Positions 9,688 to 19,907 of a stretch of DNA of 64,000 nt are shown piece by piece (position 1 is the stretch's first letter; each line of letters begins with the position of its first letter). The DNA comes from Patescibacteria group bacterium (GTDB taxonomy: Bacteria; Patescibacteriota; Minisyncoccia; Phycocordibacterales; PALSA-1337), in the NCBI GenBank assembly GCA_038065415.1, contig JBBTRA010000004.1:26092-90091 (forward strand). The letters are read 5' to 3'. The position numbers and the translations under genes were made by a program. The notes below the pieces were generated by a model. The model did not search any database, was not told the origin of the DNA, and saw nothing but the letters and a program-made list of their open reading frames with translations.

Positions 9688-10800
9688 ATGAAAAAAGAAG
9701 TCATGGCTCCAGAACTGCTGGCAAAATCGCTTGCAGTTCCTGACCTTTCGGACCCAAAGAACGGGATCAACGCGATAAATCTAGTCGTTGAGCGCATCAT
9801 AAAATCCCTGAGTAATTCCTTCGGGCCTCTGCCGATCGATGTGTACCGGGCATCGCCGGAAGTTTCAGTCGAAGAAAATTACGATCTTCTTCTCTTCCCT
9901 GCTGACAATGCAGGAAGATCATCCCGCTACACCCGTTATGTCAACGATACGACGGTGCTTCGCACGCATACATCAGCTGCTATTCCCGCCTGGCTCAAAA
10001 GGTCAGGAAAGAATCATGATGATCAAATCGTCGTCGCACCTGGCATCTGTTATCGCAGGGACGTAGTTGATCAGACCCACTGTGGCGAACCTCATCAAAT
10101 GGATGTGTGGCGCATCAGGAAAGGCCTTCCGCGGCTAGAAAGACCTGAGTTAATCGCCCTGATCGAAGTACTGATCAACGGCGTGATTCCTGGGTATCGA
10201 TACCGTGCGAACGAAGTGGTTCACCCATATACCATCAACGGCCTGGAGGTAGAGATCTTGGTCGGTGATACGTGGATGGAAATCCTCGAATGTGGCGAAG
10301 CACACCCGACAATCCTCAAAAATGCAGGCCTCGATCCTGCGGAATACTCTGGATTGGCCATGGGTATGGGTCTTGATCGGCTCGCAATGATCATCAAGGG
10401 AATTGATGACATCCGCGTCTTCCGTTCAACTGACCCTCGCATCACCAAGCAGATGACCACCTTGCACAAGTACGTTTCTGTTTCAAATCAACCGGCAACA
10501 AAGCGTGTCCTCTCATACTCGGCATCCGTCGACAAAAATGAAGAGGATATCTGCGAAGCCATTCGGGATGTACTTGGAGCCAATGTGATCCATCTTGAAG
10601 AGGTAAAAGTGGAGGAGTTCCCCTACGAAAGCCTCGAACCCATCGCCCGTGAACGGCTCGGGATCCATCCAAGCCAAAAGAACGTGGTAGCCACGCTTAT
10701 CTTCCGCTCAATCGAGGGCTCGCTGCCCAAAAAGACAGTAAATGAGTGGATGCAGAACATTTACCCACGCCTGAATGAAGGCTCGAAGGGTTACATGTAA
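9688..10800 (+). CDS. Monomeric PheS-like class II aaRS homolog with C-terminal FDX-ACB-like domain (SrmL-like), copy 1
   Basis: LRTHTSA, motif 2 CYRRD...H...PHQMD, EILECG and motif 3 GLAMGMGLDRLAM; C-terminal anticodon-binding-like segment. Confidence 0.8.
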   Translation: MKKEVMAPELLAKSLAVPDLSDPKNGINAINLVVERIIKSLSNSFGPLPIDVYRASPEVSVEENYDLLLFPADNAGRSSRYTRYVNDTTVLRTHTSAAIPAWLKRSGKNHDDQIVVAPGICYRRDVVDQTHCGEPHQMDVWRIRKGLPRLERPELIALIEVLINGVIPGYRYRANEVVHPYTINGLEVEILVGDTWMEILECGEAHPTILKNAGLDPAEYSGLAMGMGLDRLAMIIKGIDDIRVFRSTDPRITKQMTTLHKYVSVSNQPATKRVLSYSASVDKNEEDICEAIRDVLGANVIHLEEVKVEEFPYESLEPIARERLGIHPSQKNVVATLIFRSIEGSLPKKTVNEWMQNIYPRLNEGSKGYM

Positions 10801-10808
10801 CCAACCCC

Positions 10809-10839
10809 GCGGTACCAATCTTTGGTACCGCTTTTATTT
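10809..10839 (+). terminator. Rho-independent terminator
   Basis: GCGGTACCAA/TTGGTACCGC stem followed by TTTTATTT. Confidence 0.85.
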
Positions 10840-10938
10840 ACACCGTGAAAACTTCGTTGACCAGTTTTTTTCTTTGTGTTAATACGTACTCAGCAATAGA
10901 GTCCAAGTTCCTTAACATACTCTCAACCAAGGACCTGC

Positions 10939-12066
10939 ATGAAAAATACCATGTCTCCAGAGGAGGTTGCTGAATCTTTGGCGATTCTCGACCTTTCAGA
11001 TCCAAAAAATGGGATCCATGCGGTGAACCTCGTACTTGATAAAATCTTCACACATTTTTCAGGTACTACCGCATATCCCGCTCCACAAATCCATCGCGGT
11101 ACGCCACTCACAACGGTGAAGGAAAATTTTGGTAATTTGCTTTTTCCTGAACACAGCAAAACACGATCATCGACCTACACACGGTATGCTTCGGCGGATA
11201 CTGTTCTGCGCACGCAGAGTTCCTCTCTCGTACCCCCTGTACTCGTTAGCCTTCACAAAGCAGGGCTCTCGGATGGACTGATACTCTGTCCGAGTATCTG
11301 CTATCGACGACTGAAGGCTGCAGGACGTTTGCACGCGAGCGAGCCGCACCAGTTGGACATCTGGTATATCAAAAAAGGACCACCCTTCTTGGGATCGAAG
11401 TCTTTGTTTGATTTTACAGATGCTATCGTTGCCGCCATTCTCCCCACACATGCGTACACCCTCAAAAAAGTGGAGAAGGACATTAGCGTCTCCCATCCCT
11501 ATTTGCATGAAGCCTATAAGGGCAGAGTGTTTTATGGGGGTAAAGACGTAAGCTTTATGGAAGCAGGCGTGGTTCACACACGCTTTCTCGAAAGCCTGTG
11601 TATTGATGGTTCAGCATATTCTGCAGTCTCTGCAGGAATCATGCTCGATCGCGTCGCGATGCTCATCAAAAATATGGACGACATACGGCTGCTTCGATCC
11701 CCTGATGTACGCATTCGAGAGCAGATGAAAACGCTGGATCGCTTCGTGCCCGTGTCGAAATTTCCACCGATACTGCGCGACTTCTCCTTTGTGAGGGCCG
11801 ACAAGACTACTGAGGAGGAGATTTATTCGATGATTCAGAGAGCACTGGGTGACGCGGCGTACCTGCTCGAAGAGGCATCGATACTTGCCCAAGTTCCGTA
11901 TCAGGACCTACCCGAAAGCGCCCGCATTCGCCTCGGCATCAAACCGTTCCAGAAAAATATTCTCGTACGAATCACCTTGCGATCTCATGAGAGGACTCTT
12001 CTCAAAAAAGAGGCGAACGAAATCGCCGAAAGAGTTCAGTACGCACTTGCACAACCGGTAGCCTAA
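10939..12066 (+). CDS. Divergent paralog of the monomeric PheS-like ligase, copy 2
   Basis: Shares DLSDPKNGI, RSSxYTRY, CYRR, EPHQxD, LDRxAM and DDIR with copy 1, but has altered active-site motifs. Confidence 0.75.
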   Translation: MKNTMSPEEVAESLAILDLSDPKNGIHAVNLVLDKIFTHFSGTTAYPAPQIHRGTPLTTVKENFGNLLFPEHSKTRSSTYTRYASADTVLRTQSSSLVPPVLVSLHKAGLSDGLILCPSICYRRLKAAGRLHASEPHQLDIWYIKKGPPFLGSKSLFDFTDAIVAAILPTHAYTLKKVEKDISVSHPYLHEAYKGRVFYGGKDVSFMEAGVVHTRFLESLCIDGSAYSAVSAGIMLDRVAMLIKNMDDIRLLRSPDVRIREQMKTLDRFVPVSKFPPILRDFSFVRADKTTEEEIYSMIQRALGDAAYLLEEASILAQVPYQDLPESARIRLGIKPFQKNILVRITLRSHERTLLKKEANEIAERVQYALAQPVA

Positions 12067-12094
12067 CCATTACTTTCACGAGTAATGGTTTTTA

Positions 12095-12352
12095 TTATTT
12101 ATCCGTTCGATGAACACACCCCGCCCAGCAACACGGACGACGCTTCCCTCCAATGAGCTCCTCAACAACCCTCTCGATGTGCTGCTTCCTTGTTTCAAGC
12201 CTCTTAACTGAGATTGTCCAGCAGATCCATTCATTGCGTGCGAGCGGCGTGATATCTTCCCAGGCCGCAAGAGCCCGCGAAGATGCAAGTGCTGTGCGCA
12301 GATCATCAGGCAATTTGTGTGCCGTGCCGCCAGAAATAATTTTTTTGGACAT
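12095..12352 (-). CDS. YdeI/OmpD-associated family protein
   Basis: LPDDL..AL, W..ITPLARNEWICW and GKRRPCCW motifs. Confidence 0.85.
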   Translation of the reverse strand: MSKKIISGGTAHKLPDDLRTALASSRALAAWEDITPLARNEWICWTISVKRLETRKQHIERVVEELIGGKRRPCCWAGCVHRTDK

Positions 12353-12415
12353 AATACTAGCTAGTATACAACTTATGCTATCATTAATACTATAATCGCA
12401 TAACCTTTAAACCAC

Positions 12416-12802
12416 ATGAAAAAAGGAAAATACGTAGACGGATTCCTGTTTGTTGTTCCAAAAAACAAAGTTGCGATGTACAAAAAGATGGCTACACTGG
12501 GTAAGAAGGTGTGGATGAAACACGGCGCTCTCGATTATAAGGAATGTATGGGTCAAGATATCGAACCAAAGGGTATGTCTGGCATGAAGCCTCGCTTCTT
12601 CGCTGATGCAGCCAAGGCAAAGCCGGGTGAGACCGTCTGGTTTTCATTCATCGTCTTCAAATCTCTCAAACACCGTGACCAGGTGAACGCAAAAGTGATG
12701 AAAGATCCACTCATGAATGATCCATCGTGGGGCAACGAAGACATGCCATTCGAGATGAAGCGATTCTGTTATGGAGGATTCGCTGTAGAGGTTGGGGCCT
12801 AA
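12416..12802 (+). CDS. DUF1428 family protein
   Basis: YVDGF, HGALDY.EC, FSFI...S..HRD and MPF..KR..YGGF motifs. Confidence 0.9.
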   Translation: MKKGKYVDGFLFVVPKNKVAMYKKMATLGKKVWMKHGALDYKECMGQDIEPKGMSGMKPRFFADAAKAKPGETVWFSFIVFKSLKHRDQVNAKVMKDPLMNDPSWGNEDMPFEMKRFCYGGFAVEVGA

Positions 12803-12833
12803 TAGTAATCTGATCATATACTAATCAATTTCT

Positions 12834-13235
12834 ATGAAAATCATACACATCATCTTCAAAGTCATCCTCTGTCTCATACTCCTGTCCCCCGTTCTCGGCG
12901 TTTTGGGTGTTTTCCCGCCACCAACCCCAGATCTCTACAATACTCCGGAAGCATTCGCGTTCATTGAGACACTCATGGCTAGTGGATTCATCATCTACCT
13001 CCAAACTCTTGTATTCGTAGCAGCAGCCATTCTCATCTTCACGAAGCGTACTGCACTCGCAATGCTTCTCATTCTACCGATCACACTTAACATCGTTGGT
13101 TTCCACCTGTTCTTGGATGGTGGTCTTTTCACCGCAGGTGCAATCATGGGCAACGTCCTCTTCTTACTCAATGTGTACTTCCTCTGGAAGAATCGCCAGC
13201 AATACAAGAGCCTGTGGGAAAAGAGCGTTGCATAG
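12834..13235 (+). CDS. DoxX-like membrane protein
   Basis: Four hydrophobic helices; PITLNIV.FH motif. Confidence 0.7.
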   Translation: MKIIHIIFKVILCLILLSPVLGVLGVFPPPTPDLYNTPEAFAFIETLMASGFIIYLQTLVFVAAAILIFTKRTALAMLLILPITLNIVGFHLFLDGGLFTAGAIMGNVLFLLNVYFLWKNRQQYKSLWEKSVA

Positions 13236-13338
13236 TTTAAAAATACTTGACATTTGCACATATTAGTGCTACTCTACTTTCCAGTACACGTTAGAGGGTA
13301 TGGTACCCTCCCTTCAAAACAACTAGGAACAGCACACT

Positions 13339-13977
13339 ATGAAAATGCCCGAAGACTTCGCAACAGCACTCAAAGAGGAATCGTATGCGACCTGTCATCT
13401 GTGGAACCGCCACGGTACCCAAGCCTCCAGTATTGTCATCCGAAAGGAGATCTGGATCCGACTCGAGAAGAAGCCTGGTGAAGATTGGAAATATCCTGTC
13501 TTCTTCGTTTACAACTACTTCGAGTACGGAATGACCGTGCCGAATTGCGGTTGTCGAGTCAACGAGAAGCCTTTCCACACACTCGCAGAAGCCCTTAAAG
13601 TCGCACAATTCCATGAATGGAAAGTTCGCCGCCTTACACGCTGGGGATGCGCGAAGTGGGTTGAGGCCGAGTTGGTCAAACGACCACGCGTTCGGAAGCC
13701 CAAAGATGGTATCTGGGCATTCTCCGATTTGCATCGAGTTCGGAAGATCAAACCGAACCAACTCACAAAGACCTTGCAGCACTACGCCTCATCTGGGGCG
13801 GCCATTCTGGCTGATGTGGTACTCGAAATCACTCGCCGAACCCGATTGACGCTCCGGCGCAAGCATCTCGTGATTGAAGCAGCCAAACTCGGTGCGCGCA
13901 ATCAGTCGAACAGCAATGAGCGTGAGCAGTATCTGAAGGTGGCTCGTTCAGTTACACTCTATCCTGTGTATCGGTAA
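13339..13977 (+). CDS. Hypothetical protein
   Basis: 212-aa ORF with an upstream TTGACA promoter and a terminator right after the stop. Confidence 0.6.
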   Translation: MKMPEDFATALKEESYATCHLWNRHGTQASSIVIRKEIWIRLEKKPGEDWKYPVFFVYNYFEYGMTVPNCGCRVNEKPFHTLAEALKVAQFHEWKVRRLTRWGCAKWVEAELVKRPRVRKPKDGIWAFSDLHRVRKIKPNQLTKTLQHYASSGAAILADVVLEITRRTRLTLRRKHLVIEAAKLGARNQSNSNEREQYLKVARSVTLYPVYR

Positions 13978-14066
13978 CCCGCAAAGCACACAAACCTGCC
14001 TTGGCGGGTTTTTTATTATCTGTATACTTGTAATTAATTATCACTTCACACGTCATATTGACCACT

Positions 14067-14444
14067 ATGAAAAAATCATTACTTATAGGAATCGTTTTAT
14101 TATTGATTGCAGTCGGAATTGTAGCGGGCGTCTATTTTGACCTTGGTAGCACACGTGAAGAGTCAAGCGGATCGACCGTGACCCGTTCAGGCGTCGTTGT
14201 AGAAGTGAACAAAGAAGAAACACTGTTCGACGGACCATATCGTCTCACTATCGAGAGCTCGGATGGAAAGCGCTCAATGATTGCAGTCCCTTCAATGGGT
14301 CTGCCTCTCTGCGCGGCCTATAAGAACGGTACAATCAAAGACCCCTACTCCATAGAAGTAGGGGCTTCGATCCAAGTATCAGGAACACTTTCTGAAGACG
14401 GTTCCATCATTCCTTGTGACTCTGTCGACCACTATCTGAGATAA
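14067..14444 (+). CDS. Hypothetical membrane-anchored protein (OB-fold-like, paired Cys)
   Basis: N-terminal TM segment followed by a beta-rich body. Confidence 0.6.
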   Translation: MKKSLLIGIVLLLIAVGIVAGVYFDLGSTREESSGSTVTRSGVVVEVNKEETLFDGPYRLTIESSDGKRSMIAVPSMGLPLCAAYKNGTIKDPYSIEVGASIQVSGTLSEDGSIIPCDSVDHYLR

Positions 14445-14472
14445 TTGAGTGTAGCTACTGCGAGTATCTCTA

Positions 14473-15000
14473 CTACTGCACGATCGTGAATGAACCGTTG
14501 CTCATATCACATTTGAGCGTCTCCGTGTTACACACATTCATCTTATACGTACCAGTCGGAACCTCAGAAGCCGTCCACATATGCGAAGCGACCCCGTCAA
14601 TACCCGAAGCTCTCACTGAGACTTCCGCTATAATCTTGCCTACTCCACCTGTTTCCACGTTGGCCGCATAAATGCGCACATTGCTCAGGTCACGACTATC
14701 AACCCACGTAATCTTGTACTGCTTTCCTGCTTCGAACACTTCTCCACCATTTGGTGAGATCAACCTGATATGATCATTGGCTGTCGATACTGGCTTCACA
14801 ACAGGGGCAGGCGATGCCGCAGGCTTAGCTGTTCCTGTCTGTGATGGTACCGGAGTCTTTGTGGTGGATGTAGTAGATGTGGTAGACGAAACACCTGATG
14901 TCTCAGGGCTGACAGACGCACCCTTCTTTCCCATAACATATGAACCTATTGCAACGATGATAATAAGAGCGATAAAAAGACCTTTTTGATTGTTTTTCAT
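14473..15000 (-). CDS. Membrane-anchored protein with Ser/Thr linker and Ig-like (SPNGGE) domain
   Basis: TM anchor, S/T/P-rich linker, ISPNGGE..I.W and D.SNG.FTI motifs. Confidence 0.75.
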   Translation of the reverse strand: MKNNQKGLFIALIIIVAIGSYVMGKKGASVSPETSGVSSTTSTTSTTKTPVPSQTGTAKPAASPAPVVKPVSTANDHIRLISPNGGEVFEAGKQYKITWVDSRDLSNVRIYAANVETGGVGKIIAEVSVRASGIDGVASHMWTASEVPTGTYKMNVCNTETLKCDMSNGSFTIVQ

Positions 15001-15137
15001 GTCAAAACTGTACCACAGAGCGGTTTTGGATGGTAGGTGTCCAGACACGTTGACTATCATTGACTTTATTGGATAAATATGATATTTTATTACACAGCCA
15101 TTTTACATCACAATCACACACCCGAAAGATACCTCGC

Positions 15138-15557
15138 ATGAGACTAGAACTGACAAGTGAAGACCTCGAACCCAAGTACAAAAATTGCAATGCGTCACAG
15201 ACGACTTTTGCCAAGTTCACCGAAGCCGTCCAAAATGCAATTCATGCAGTTGGACAAGCCACCTACTTTGGATTCAACCGCGACACCCACAAGGTCATCT
15301 ACCCTCCTCGTGACAAGAAGTACGAACGGTTCCACGTGGAAGATACCGTCTATTGGAATGAGTCATACTATCCGAGTGCGTTGGCTTCAATGAAGCAGGC
15401 GCATGGCGACGGCCCATTCACGGTAGTAACAGTCCGGCTCCATCCCGTCGATATAATCGGCAGTACCGGACATCCTGAGTCAGTGACCATTCAAAACAAA
15501 GAAGGTCACCGAGACAACCTATCGGGTGCGTGGTTCACGAAGAAGAAACCATCCTGA
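15138..15557 (+). CDS. Hypothetical protein
   Basis: ORF with an upstream TTGACT promoter; no recognisable family. Confidence 0.55.
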   Translation: MRLELTSEDLEPKYKNCNASQTTFAKFTEAVQNAIHAVGQATYFGFNRDTHKVIYPPRDKKYERFHVEDTVYWNESYYPSALASMKQAHGDGPFTVVTVRLHPVDIIGSTGHPESVTIQNKEGHRDNLSGAWFTKKKPS

Positions 15558-15694
15558 GCATGTCCACCCTGCTCTTCTGTGAAGTTCAACTGACACAGCA
15601 CGCGCCGCCGAATAAACTTGTTCGGCGGTTTTTATGTATACTATATACTCAGTCTTGTATCGGCCAGCCATTACTATCCTTAACCATAAAAAAC

Positions 15695-16105
15695 ATGTCT
15701 ACATTAAGTCCATTTATCAGATTCAATGACGGTAGGTGTCGTGAGGCGATGAACTTTTACAAGGATTGTCTTGGTGGCGAGCTCTTCTTCAGGCCCGTCA
15801 AAGGAAGTCCTATGGAAAAAGACATGCCCGCAGACAAACATGATCTCATCATGCATTCAACACTCACAAAAGACAACTGGATACTGATCGGTTCTGACAT
15901 GATGCGCGATACCGCAGTCAAAGGCGATAGCGTCGGAGTATCCTTGTCATATGAAAATGAAAAGGATGCACGAGATGCATTCGCAAAACTAGCAGAGGGA
16001 GGAGAGATCTTCATGCCAATCGAGGTGATGTTCTGGGGTGACCTCTTCGGATTGGTGACAGACAAATATGGCGTAGAGTGGATGCTCAATTGCCCTATGA
16101 AATAA
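15695..16105 (+). CDS. VOC/PhnB-family protein
   Basis: CREAMNFY..CLGG, IMHS and FWG...DKYGVEW motifs. Confidence 0.9.
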   Translation: MSTLSPFIRFNDGRCREAMNFYKDCLGGELFFRPVKGSPMEKDMPADKHDLIMHSTLTKDNWILIGSDMMRDTAVKGDSVGVSLSYENEKDARDAFAKLAEGGEIFMPIEVMFWGDLFGLVTDKYGVEWMLNCPMK

Positions 16106-16150
16106 AAATACCGATGGATTACCCATCGGCATGTGTACAAACAGAACCCC

Positions 16151-17575
16151 TCAACCCCGGAGATACGCGAGCGCCTGAGCAGCATCATATGAGCTTGTCT
16201 TCTCGGTCATGAGAGATGGAATGAATCCCAAATCATCTCCCAGTGTAACGATGGGTGCATCTTCGCTTTCTGCGAGAATGGTGGCATTGAGCAAACCGTT
16301 GCAGAGACAGCACCTGTTCACTGTATCTTCGAGTTTGCCGCCTTTGCGGACATACTCTCCCACTGGTTCAGCCGGACATCGATAGCCGATAGACCCATCG
16401 GGTTTCTCATACAGAGAAGCAAGTGCGCCCTGATCGCATGCACGCTCTCTACCTGCAAGGACCGCGGGATCAGACAACGTACCTTGGAGCGACGCCACCT
16501 TGAAAGGAAACCCCGTAGGTGACGCTTCCATATCAGTCTTCACATGCAAACTTCTTTCAAAGCCTTGTGCGCGGACCTCACGACGGATATCCGGACGAAG
16601 GCCACTCTCTTCACACAGTGCAAAGATCGTGCCCGCCTGGATACCTGTTGCACCAGTGGCACGTGCTTCCCTGAGTTTCTCAGGAGAGGCATATGAACCA
16701 CCGATCCAGAACGGAAGACCGATATCAGCTATCTTGCGATAGTCTACCTTGTCTTTTTCTCCATATGTGAGACGTGTACCACCACTCGCATCAGGGACTT
16801 TGGTTCTCGGAGGAGCATTGTGCCCACCAGCTGCGGGTTCCTCGATAACAAAACCTGCTAGATCTCGGAGAGGCTCGTCGAGTCTCTTCATGAGAATTCC
16901 CGCAAGAAGATTCGAGGCGATGATGGGTATGAAACCAGGAACCTCGATCATTGGCAATGCACAACCGAAGAACCGAGCCGGGTCGAATGTCATGGTATGC
17001 GACTTGATACGCTCTCCTATGACGGGTATGTCGTACCGAGCTTCCCTTCCCTCTGCGATATCCCTCATCAATCCAGGTATGGCGAGCGGAATGCCCGCAC
17101 CCATCGTGACATAATCAACACCTGCCAACAGAGCACCTGTGAGCGCGTAGACATGTGGCATCGCAATCTTCTCGAGATAGTTGATGCTGATCGGATGATC
17201 ATGTCCTTCTTTGGCCAACCAGACAAATGCATAGTTGGCGCATAGTGTAAGGGCGATGAGAGATCGTGAGGGGTTGATGCTGAAGACCGGAGTGCCTTTG
17301 CGAGGCATACCGTTCCTCCAACCTCCTTCGATGAAGTATTCCTTGAGGACCAGTTCCGCAATCTCGGGGAATGGAAACTGAGCGAGTGCCCGGCGATAAT
17401 GCCCACCCTGATCACCAGCCTGCAAGATGCGGACAAGAACCCGTTCCGGCGCCGTACCTGAAACCGTACCGAGCGCTCCGAGGCGAGAGACTGTGTTGGC
17501 CAGGAATGGCGTTGAGATATAGACTCCCATGCCGCCCTGAATGACGGTAACATCGAGTGCTTGTTTCGTTTTCAT
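16151..17575 (-). CDS. Nitronate monooxygenase-family flavoprotein
   Basis: IQGGMG, AGGHN, GIQAGTIF, SPTGFPF and C-terminal CLCNGL motifs. Confidence 0.85.
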   Translation of the reverse strand: MKTKQALDVTVIQGGMGVYISTPFLANTVSRLGALGTVSGTAPERVLVRILQAGDQGGHYRRALAQFPFPEIAELVLKEYFIEGGWRNGMPRKGTPVFSINPSRSLIALTLCANYAFVWLAKEGHDHPISINYLEKIAMPHVYALTGALLAGVDYVTMGAGIPLAIPGLMRDIAEGREARYDIPVIGERIKSHTMTFDPARFFGCALPMIEVPGFIPIIASNLLAGILMKRLDEPLRDLAGFVIEEPAAGGHNAPPRTKVPDASGGTRLTYGEKDKVDYRKIADIGLPFWIGGSYASPEKLREARATGATGIQAGTIFALCEESGLRPDIRREVRAQGFERSLHVKTDMEASPTGFPFKVASLQGTLSDPAVLAGRERACDQGALASLYEKPDGSIGYRCPAEPVGEYVRKGGKLEDTVNRCCLCNGLLNATILAESEDAPIVTLGDDLGFIPSLMTEKTSSYDAAQALAYLRG

Positions 17576-17756
17576 AGATTCCTATTCAGTTTTGGTTAAG
17601 TGCTTTTCTAGATGCATCATAGCAGAACCGGGACGCATATACAGCACACCTAATACCCTTATCCCTCCACGATTCCTTTCAAGATAGCAACGAAACCCCT
17701 GGACACTACTGTCCGGAGGCTCGCCGCTCTCTTGTGAAGAGAATAGAGGCTCGCGA

Positions 17757-18140
17757 TTAGCCGTTCTCTCGTGCGAATAGTGCCATCCATCCTCGTGCGG
17801 TGAATAGCTCGCTCAAGCGCGTCCTGGTCATAGGACCAAAGTAGCCCGTGGAAGGAACACCTATAGAAGCCTGATAGCGTGCCAATCCGGCCTGCGTCAA
17901 CGAACCAAAATATCCTGGAGCGACGCCGATGGGAATAACCAGATATCCTTGCTCCGCGAGTAATCCCTGCAAATCCGCAACATCTGACCCACTGGCACCT
18001 ACGGACAGGTCTCTTCCCCCAGAAAGTATCCCAATGACTGATGCGGATGCGGTATGGGCAGACACAAGAACCGCTGCAATGAGCAAAGCTACGAGAACCG
18101 AACCCCTCATACGTAGTGCGATTTTAGATATATACATCAT
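17757..18140 (-). CDS. Secreted peptidoglycan-binding domain protein
   Basis: Signal peptide; L..G.SG.DV..LQ and GYFG.LT..AL..YQ...TGYFGP.TR motifs (PG_binding_1). Confidence 0.88.
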   Translation of the reverse strand: MMYISKIALRMRGSVLVALLIAAVLVSAHTASASVIGILSGGRDLSVGASGSDVADLQGLLAEQGYLVIPIGVAPGYFGSLTQAGLARYQASIGVPSTGYFGPMTRTRLSELFTARGWMALFARENG

Positions 18141-18341
18141 AAAACAGATTGATTACTGATAATGCCTCCGCAACAGCGGATTCGACAGGTTTCCGGCGGC
18201 AGAGACAGCTCAAGGGAGCCTCTATAAGGTTCGACGGATGGGACACGAGCTTCTTACTGCAATAGACTATGACATGTCGAGTTATACACAGTTCTTCTCA
18301 AAAATATGAAATTGATTTTAAGCTATAATCAAGACAAGATC

Positions 18342-18692
18342 ATGCAACCCCCTAAGCCATATCGCGAAGCGCGACCATGGGGGGAGTTTATTGAGTTTAC
18401 GCGGAACACTCCCTCGACGGTCAAGATCCTTACCGTGAATGCACACGAAGCATTCAGTCTCCAGACGCACTCTAAAAGAGACGAATACTGGAGAGTTATA
18501 TCTGGTACCGGTACCATACAGGTAGCAAATCAAACCTATGCAGTGATTGCTGGTGAAAGCCATTTTATACCTCGAGGCACTCTTCACCGTGTGGAAGCTG
18601 GCGATACTACTGTCATCATCTTGGAAATATCATTTGGTGATTTTGATGAGAAAGACATAACGCGACACGATGACCGTTATGGCCGGCGTTGA
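18342..18692 (+). CDS. Mannose-6-phosphate isomerase type II C-terminal cupin
   Basis: RPWG, SLQ.H..R.EYW, HR and DI.R..D.YGR motifs. Confidence 0.88.
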   Translation: MQPPKPYREARPWGEFIEFTRNTPSTVKILTVNAHEAFSLQTHSKRDEYWRVISGTGTIQVANQTYAVIAGESHFIPRGTLHRVEAGDTTVIILEISFGDFDEKDITRHDDRYGRR

Positions 18693-18734
18693 TTTTCGGA
18701 GTGACTACCTTATGATTTCGTACGCACTATGTAA

Positions 18735-19859
18735 ATGAACTTTTCATCAATCCCCCCTATAGCTCTCATACTGCTCTCATCGGCCATAACGCTTATAGCG
18801 ATAGCCGCCCTCTACGCCCTCTACACCCAGATCAAATCCAGGCAAGCTCCGCAAAGCGAGCGCGTCAAACACGACGTGCGGCGCCATCACGCAAATCCGG
18901 TGATGTCCCCGCGCCCACACCAAGAATGGGAAGCTCATGGCACACTCAATCCAGCTGCTGTGGAAGATGATACCGGACGCGTGCATCTTCTGTATCGAGC
19001 CATTGGAGATGATGGGCTCTCCCATATTGGACATGCTTCCAGTGCTGATGGACTCTCTTTTGATAGAAGATCTTCATTTCCCGTATATCAACCAGGAGTT
19101 GAAGAAAAGCGACCTGATTACAAGAAAGATATTCGAGCCTATGATCCAGGAATATACACTTCTGGCGGTGGCTGGGGTGGACATGAAGATCCACGCGCAG
19201 TGAGGATCGGTAGCAGAGTATATATGACATACACCGCATTCCAGGGTTGGGATTCGGTACGTATCGGTCTGACATCTATCGCAGTAGCAGACCTCAAAAA
19301 AGAACGCTGGAACTGGAGGAAGCCAAAACTCATTTCAGCCGCTGGTCAGGTCAACAAAAACTGGTTAATTTTTCCCGAGAAGATCAATGGTAAATACGCC
19401 ATACTACATAGCATTGTACCCAATGTCCTCATAGATTATGTGGATGACCTAGATGGCACCTTTCCCCCAATACAAAGCAAGAGATTGGCGGGCCCACAGC
19501 CCGGAAGAAAAGGTTTCTGGGATAAGAGTGTTCGCGGAGCAGGACCTCCGCCAATAAAAACAGATATCGGCTGGCTTCTTCTCTACCATGCCCAAGATGA
19601 TCATCGATACAGACTTGGTGCCATGATTCTCGATAAGAACGATCCGACCAAAGTACTCTACCGGTCACCAGAGCCGATATTATCTCCTGAGATGTGTTAC
19701 GAAAATGATGGTAAGCCAGGAGTGGTATACGCATCAGGAGCAGTAGTGAAAGATGGTGAATTGATGGTCTACTACGGAGGCGGAGACAAGCATGTGTGCG
19801 TAGCGCAGACCGGACTCGATTCACTGTTAGCATGGTTGATGCAGTATGGAAAGATGTAG
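18735..19859 (+). CDS. GH130 glycoside phosphorylase/hydrolase with N-terminal TM anchor
   Basis: NPAA, LYRA, EDPR, YTAF, KNW, WLLLYH and YYGG motifs. Confidence 0.9.
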   Translation: MNFSSIPPIALILLSSAITLIAIAALYALYTQIKSRQAPQSERVKHDVRRHHANPVMSPRPHQEWEAHGTLNPAAVEDDTGRVHLLYRAIGDDGLSHIGHASSADGLSFDRRSSFPVYQPGVEEKRPDYKKDIRAYDPGIYTSGGGWGGHEDPRAVRIGSRVYMTYTAFQGWDSVRIGLTSIAVADLKKERWNWRKPKLISAAGQVNKNWLIFPEKINGKYAILHSIVPNVLIDYVDDLDGTFPPIQSKRLAGPQPGRKGFWDKSVRGAGPPPIKTDIGWLLLYHAQDDHRYRLGAMILDKNDPTKVLYRSPEPILSPEMCYENDGKPGVVYASGAVVKDGELMVYYGGGDKHVCVAQTGLDSLLAWLMQYGKM

Positions 19860-19907
19860 AAAAAGAAGGAACACAATAACCAAGATACAATAACAAAAAG
19901 CATTTCC

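Noticed and set aside
2868-17600. Integrative element or prophage inserted at tRNA-Asn
   Set aside because: No integrase, phage genes or duplicated tRNA 3' end were seen; the region looks like gradual accumulation of accessory genes.
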